DNA of 64,000 bases, taken from positions 32,674,001 through 32,738,000 of the forward strand of contig OZ024744.1 of assembly GCA_964016885.1 (NCBI GenBank), written 5' to 3'. The DNA comes from Eledone cirrhosa. Taxonomy: Eukaryota. The position numbers and the translations under genes were made by a program. Shown one piece after another: positions 57,678-64,000 of this stretch. Below the pieces are notes generated by a model, which searched no databases, was not told where the DNA came from, and was given only the letters and a program-made list of their open reading frames with translations. The stretch's first letter is position 1. The number at the start of each line of letters is the position of its first letter.

Positions 57678-58329
57678 GTAATATTAAACATTACCCAGTT
57701 AGAAGTATGAATAAAGCTCGATGCAAGAGCCTTGTTTCAGGGGGGTACCAGGGGACAAGTCCCTCCCTCACACTTTTACAAACGTCTATATATTATTTTT
57801 TGTATATTTGATATAATAAATTCTTTTTAAGCTTATTTTTTTATATCTGAACTTCATTTGAATATAAAAAATTTAATTAGTGTAAAATTTTACTTATGTG
57901 ATAAGTCCGGGAAAGACGCCTTAAGTAATTTATGCTCCTTTAAGAATAAACAAATGTTGGTTTGGCCCCTCGCATTTTTAAGGCAAAAGAGGCCCTTGGC
58001 TCAATGTAATATTATTAAATGTTTGAAAGATTAAATACTCTTTGATTATTATTTACATTATTTACTTTATTCTTAACTCTGAAGCCGAGAACCATTCGGT
58101 TTCCTAAATAGAATATTAGCCTACGACTTCATTTATACCATCAACGTGGTTTTGTCTGTGCGTGTATTTGTTCTCACTGTTCCACATAATGAGGTATTAT
58201 CTTCGCTTTATTTCCGTTCTTTGCCAGGTAACGGCTTCACGAACAAAAGTATCGACTTCCTGTTTTCCTTCGATTGCAACGTTTTTCGAAATATTTACTT
58301 CTGCTTTCACAGATTGATTTTTTTTTAGT

Positions 58330-58966
<637 letters not shown>

Positions 58967-59054
58967 AATCTTGGAAGTCATTTGCAAATTTATTAATGAA
59001 TGATCAAGGGGCGAAGTTAATTTTTCTAAAGATTGATAATAGCCTTCAATTATA

Positions 59055-59236
59055 TTGGCAGTATCCATAGACGGTCGGACGCCATGCTATGGAACATAGA
59101 GTTACGGCCCTTTATGATCTTCGTTCAAATCCCGCTGTGGTTAACTTTGCCTTTCTTCCTTACGGGGTCGATAAAATAAAGTACCAGTTATACACTGGGA
59201 TAATTGCTGGCCTTGTGCCAAAAGTAGAAACCATTA
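59055..59236 (+). mobile_element. Nin-domain SINE, full length
   Basis: Family match ending ggccttgtgccaaaagtagaaaccattat. Confidence 0.9.
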
Positions 59237-59770
59237 TATTAAACCTTGTTGTCTTTATTGTAATATTATGAGGGGGGGGTGTCATGTGGCAGTAATACCG
59301 CCAAAACATTATAAAATACACTCACTGTTTGGTTTGGTTTTCGCGTCAGTATATTTTTATATTTCTATAAATAATTGAGCTGGTAGTCAAGGTTTATTAT
59401 TGACCAACATTTCAAAATATTAATATAGCTTCTCAAAGTTCTTTCGTCACATATATCTGTGACATCCTCTACCCTCCCCAAATATAACAATTGCTGTTTT
59501 ACACGATTTCATTTTCTTTTTTAAACTTGCAAAACAAAAACATCGCCGCTTATTACCTTTATTATTGTGTAAATTTCATTTATGTAAAAAAAAACAATTC
59601 ATTTAGATTAGATTATATTTAATTTTCTCATAAATTGATTGTATATATAAAAATAAAACAAACAGAAAAGTGATTGTAATGAAATATTCATAAAAATGAT
59701 TTATCAAATTATTATATTTCATAATTGTTCATTTTCTCTCTATGTGAATTAAAATTTCTGGTCGGTCGTA

Positions 59771-59837
59771 TTATACTTCAATAAATCCACCCATGGGGTA
59801 CTGTCGTGACATGTGTTTGATTGGACGCAGTAGATTG
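59771..59837 (-). CDS. Putative terminal coding exon of an unidentified host gene ((S)NLLRPIKHMSRQYPMGGFIEV*)
   Basis: Long polypyrimidine tract and CCCAG acceptor; phase matches the upstream 107-bp exon; TAA stop followed by AT-rich 3' UTR-like sequence. Confidence 0.65.
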
Positions 59838-60190
59838 CTGGGTGGGATGGATAAGTGGGTGAGGGGGAAAGAGAGAGAGAGAAAGAAAGAAAGTAAGAGG
59901 AGAAGAAAGTGGGAGAGAGATAGGAAGGGAGAGGAGTTGTAGAGAAAGGGAGAGAGAGGGAGATGGTTTGCTGAGAAAGGGGGTGGGCGTAAGTGAGAGA
60001 GGAAGAGAGACAAAGGGGAATGAGAGAGAGAGAAAGAGAAAGAGAGAGGAGAAGGGAACGGAAGAATCGACCACAGAATTCGCACATTGAAGACTAGGTT
60101 CACCCCAAAGCTCAGAAAGCCAGAAGGAATGTCGTAAAGCATTCTGTTCGGCGTTCTAATGTTACTTTGTATGCATGCAAGGTCTCGTAC

Positions 60191-60297
60191 CTCCTGAGGG
60201 GGTCATGGTGCACGGTACTGACATACAGTGTCTCTAGGGCACTTTTAAACTTGGCTGAGCCCATCCCTATCCAGACATGAGTAAAACAGATTTCTTC
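60191..60297 (-). CDS. Putative penultimate coding exon (EEICFTHVWIGMGSAKFKSALETLYVSTVHHDPLR)
   Basis: Polypyrimidine tract and CTCAG acceptor, GAG|GTACGA donor; only one open frame, and it splices in phase to 59771-59837. Confidence 0.65.
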
Positions 60298-61059
60298 CTG
60301 AGAATGATAGAGAGAATGAGATAAAGAGATATAGAGAAAGAGATATGGAAGAAGAATCAACCCCAGTACTAGACTGGTACATTTTTTATCGAAAGGCAAA
60401 GTTGACCTCAACGCTATTTGAAAGCAAAGAACGGTAATATCACAAGTTATTCTATCCGACGTTTCAACGACTCTCCTAATTCACCGCCTTTATGTTACTC
60501 TAAGAGCTAACTATTTACTGATTTCCCAATTAGATGTAACTAATAAACTGTTTTGATCCTCAAGTTACCTTTCCTTTACCAATTATAAATTGTCTGTGCT
60601 CTTACCCCCTCCCACAAGAATTTCCGTCAAATCTCGTTCAGACATTTTAAAACACATTTTAAAATAGACATTTTAAAACGGACATTTTAAAACTGTTCGC
60701 CAGAAAATGTTGCTTCTAATAACTGTATATACACTTGTACAGATACAAAGCATATACACATGAACACATACAACTCAAAACACACACATCCACACATACA
60801 ATAACATCAATATCTACACATGCAGACATACATACATATCTACTTAGTTGATGTTGTGTAAATTCCAATGAAAGAGTCTTGTGTCTATGTTAGAAACCGA
60901 CTCTCTATTGGGAAAAATTTGTGAAATTATAAAATCAGAAGAACACACATACATACATGCATAGTCTATCTGCATAAGACAGATAAGATCATGAGAGTTG
61001 GGAAGGAAGTCCTTGAAAGATGCTCCCTTCATGATATTCAAAATCTCACACAGGTAAAT

Positions 61060-61740
61060 TGCCCAGTAGTACTGCAGTGAATCGATGGATGAAAAACTGC
61101 ATGCTTATCAGCAAAAATTCATATATAGATATGCTGCCAGGAAGCTCCAGAATCAGAGTAATATAGATAATGAAAGTAGTCTATCTTGGACCAACAACCG
61201 CTATATTGGCTCCCACTTTGAAGGATACGCTTTTACAATCCAAGAACAGGAAATCAACACAAAATACCTGATTCACAAAAGAGATAGGAATGCAAGCAAA
61301 TCATCTAGAAGTGACAACAAATGCAGAGTCTGCAGAATTAACATCGAAGAAGTCACCCATGTCATAAGCAGCTGTTTAAAGATGTCACCACAATACTATC
61401 TACCTATGAGGCAAGATGTAGTGGTCAAAACATTGTTCAATGCAATCCGTAGAAAAGATAGCCCCGATAATAAACACATTAAAAGCTACAGCAATGTGGA
61501 AGATATACATATACATTATATGAAAAAAGTATTGGTGGAATGTTCCAGTAAAAACCCCAATAAAATGCAGGCATAACAGACCAGATATTATGATATGGGA
61601 CAGGGAGAAGAAAGCATGCACAGTAGTGGTAGTTAGCTGTCCAGCAGATGCCAATCTAATATCAAAGATTAACGAAAAGGAGATTATTTATGCAGAACTG
61701 ATGAGAAATTTGCAGATACTCCACCCTGATTATTTTATAT
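61060..61740 (+). mobile_element. RLE-type non-LTR retrotransposon 3' fragment (fourth family)
   Basis: EGYAFTIQEQEINTK, CRVCRINIEEVTHVISSC, YYLPMRQD, then frameshifted HNRPDIMIWD. Confidence 0.85.
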
Positions 61741-61769
61741 AACTTTGAAGAATTTTTCTGTTAACTGAC

Positions 61770-61990
61770 TGAATGCTGACCTCGGCTCAACTCTCCGTGC
61801 CATAGCTGTTTCGGTAGACTTATCATCAGACATCATGTCAACATGATCTGTCCATCTGACTTCAACCTTCTCTAGAAGTGTAAGCCCGTCTCAGGATTTC
61901 CGAGTCTGGTATATTTTTTGACTTCCGCCATTGTAGAGAAGTCTGTGCAGGCAGCTCAAACAGAAATGGTCGCGCTGATTAGTATGTCTA
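61770..61990 (-). mobile_element. RTE-clade LINE remnant
   Basis: Minus-strand IPDSEILRRA..RWTDHV..MSDDKS/LPKQLWHGEL resembles the RTE C-terminal LRWxGHVxRMxDxRxPKxLxYGEL motif. Confidence 0.6.
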
Positions 61991-62053
61991 CTATAGACAG
62001 TCCAGGATGAGGGGGGCGAGGAGGAAGTGGAGAAAGATGAAGGGAGGAGGAAA

Positions 62054-62192
62054 AGAAGAAGAAGAAGAAGAAGAAGAAGAAGAAGAAGAAGAAGAAGAAG
62101 AAGAAGAAGAAGAAGAAGAAGAAGAAGAAGAAGAAGAAGAAGAAGAAGAAGAAGAAGAAGAAGAAGAAGCAGAAGAAGAAGAAGAAGAAGAA
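62054..62192. repeat. (GAA)n microsatellite
   Basis: Direct reading. Confidence 0.97.
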
Positions 62193-62306
62193 TTTGATAA
62201 TGTAAAAGATTGGTTATTTCTTAATTAGGCATGGAGAGAAGAAGAGAGTGAGAGAAAGGGTGTGAGGGAAGAGTGTATGTGTCAGTGGATTAAGTGGGAG
62301 AGACAG

Positions 62307-62382
<76 letters not shown>

Positions 62383-63299
62383 AGCCGAAGAGAGAGGGAA
62401 GAGAAGAAAGTGAGAGTGAGGGCAGGAAGAGTGAGAGAGAAAGTAGGAGAAAAATGTGAATGAGTTGAGAGAGTGAGCGATCGAGAGAGTAACGGAGAGA
62501 GAGAATGGAGAAGAGAAAGGGATGGCGAGAGAGGATAAGAGAGAGAGGGGGGAGAAGTGAGAAAGAAAGGGAAACATTATAGTGAGAAGGAAAGAGAAGA
62601 GAAAGAGAGAGAGGCATTAGTGGGTGACTTGAGGGGAAGCTAGAGATCATTAGAGCAGTAATTAGAACCACACTAACCGGAAAAGGGGGTGTGGAGGAGG
62701 AACAATAGACAGAAACAAGTGGTAAGTCTCTTTCCTTGATTTATATATTTAATATGAAAGTAAAGGAAAGAAGAAACAAATGAGAATATCATTAAAGAGG
62801 GAGAAGAAAGATGGCAGCCTGCTTTTCTGGCACTTTTCTCTCAATATGTAAGCAGTATATCAATGTTGTCATTTGATATACTATCAGGCATCCATCAGTC
62901 TTACAAATAGGATCAAAGTCTGCTGCCATTTATATTGGGAAGGAGATTGATTTAGGAGGGAGAGAGAGAAGAAATGACGCCTTGATTGACCGTCACACAC
63001 ATACACACACATATATATATATACATACATATATATATATGCGTGTGTATGTGTGTGACGGTCAATCAAGGCGTCATATATGTGTGTGGTGTACACACAC
63101 ACACATACATATATATATACATATATACACACACACACATATATGTATATATATATGTATATATACACACACACAGACACTGACACAGACAGCGACACAC
63201 GTATAAAGCTGGTGGTAACTCGAGACTTTCAGGGATAAGAAAATGTGGCGGCGGCGGAGGAGGAGGGGGGGGGAGGAAACAAGTTTTCAGTGAATAGGT

Positions 63300-63352
63300 T
63301 GTAGATGGTGGTGTTGGGGATAGAGGGTCATCATTTATTGTTGGTGTTGTTG

Positions 63353-63384
<32 letters not shown>

Positions 63385-64000
63385 GGTGATGGTGGTGGTG
63401 ATGATGGTGGTGTTGGGGATATAGGGATAGAGGGCCATCATTTATTTGTGGTGTTGTTGTTGTTGTTGGTGGTGGTGGTGTTGTTGGTGGTGGTGGTGTT
63501 GTTGGTGGTGGTGGTGTTGTTGGTGGTGGTGGTGTTGTTGGTGGTGGTGTTGTTGGTGGTGGTGGTGGTGTTGGTGGTGGTGGTGGTGTTGATGGTGGTG
63601 GTGGTGGTGGTGGTTGTGGTGTTGGTGTTGGTGGTGGTGGTGGTGTTGGTGGTGGTAGTGGTGGTGGTGTTGGTGGTGGTGTTGTTGTTGGTGGTGGTGG
63701 TGTTGGTGGTGGTGGTGTTGTTGGTGGTGGTGTTGTTGGTGGTGGTGGTGGTGTTGGTGGTGGTGGTGGTGTTGGTGGTGGTGGTGGTGTTGGTGGTGGT
63801 GGTGTTGGTGTTGGTGGTGGTGGTGTTGGTGGTGGTGGTGGTGGTGTTGTTGGTGGTGGTGTTGTTGGTGGTGGTGGTGGTGTTGGTGGTGGTGGTGGTG
63901 TTGTTGGTGGTGGTGGTGTTGGTGGTGGTGGTGGTGGTGGTGGTGTTGGTGTTGGTGGTGGTGTTGTTGGTGGTGGTGGTGTTGGTGGTGGTGGTGGTGT
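63300..64000. repeat. (GGT/GTT)n compound microsatellite
   Basis: Direct reading. Confidence 0.97.

Noticed and set aside
61805-61832. CTGATGA...GAAAC on the minus strand resembling a hammerhead
   Set aside because: No stem II or stem I pairing; explained as RTE coding sequence (MSDD..PKQL).
63300-64000. G-rich tract as telomeric repeat
   Set aside because: It is (GGT/GTT)n trinucleotide, not TTAGGG-type.

Overview
Eukaryotic, very AT- and microsatellite-rich DNA. It is probably from an octopus or other cephalopod, inferred from the tRNA-head/Nin-domain SINE family and the repeat landscape. It is almost entirely transposon-derived. (1) About 23.5-49.8 kb is a ~26 kb pile-up of non-LTR retrotransposons joined by (AAT)n tracts. 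It holds R4/Dong-type restriction-like-endonuclease elements on the + strand, one with an uninterrupted 1216-aa ORF, two near-full-length Tx1/L1-clade elements on the - strand, and SINEs on the - strand. The SINE 3' tail matches the Tx1 3' end, suggesting a SINE/Tx1 partnership. (2) The (TA)n-rich flanks hold many palindromic or inverted-repeat elements. They carry about a dozen type I hammerhead ribozyme motifs, several with intact cores and long stem I helices and three with ~60-105 nt stem II insertions. Some lie next to Penelope-like GIY-YIG C-terminal remnants, and one is a 466-bp circularly permuted, retrozyme-like unit. (3) Other content: a non-autonomous Helitron, RTE remnants, minisatellites, a 200-N assembly gap, a small cassette-like region with SGNH-like and BTB/BACK-like ORFs, and the last two coding exons of an unidentified host gene on the - strand near 60 kb. 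Most short ORFs in the supplied track are microsatellite or antisense artefacts. Everything was read by eye, so boundaries are approximate.
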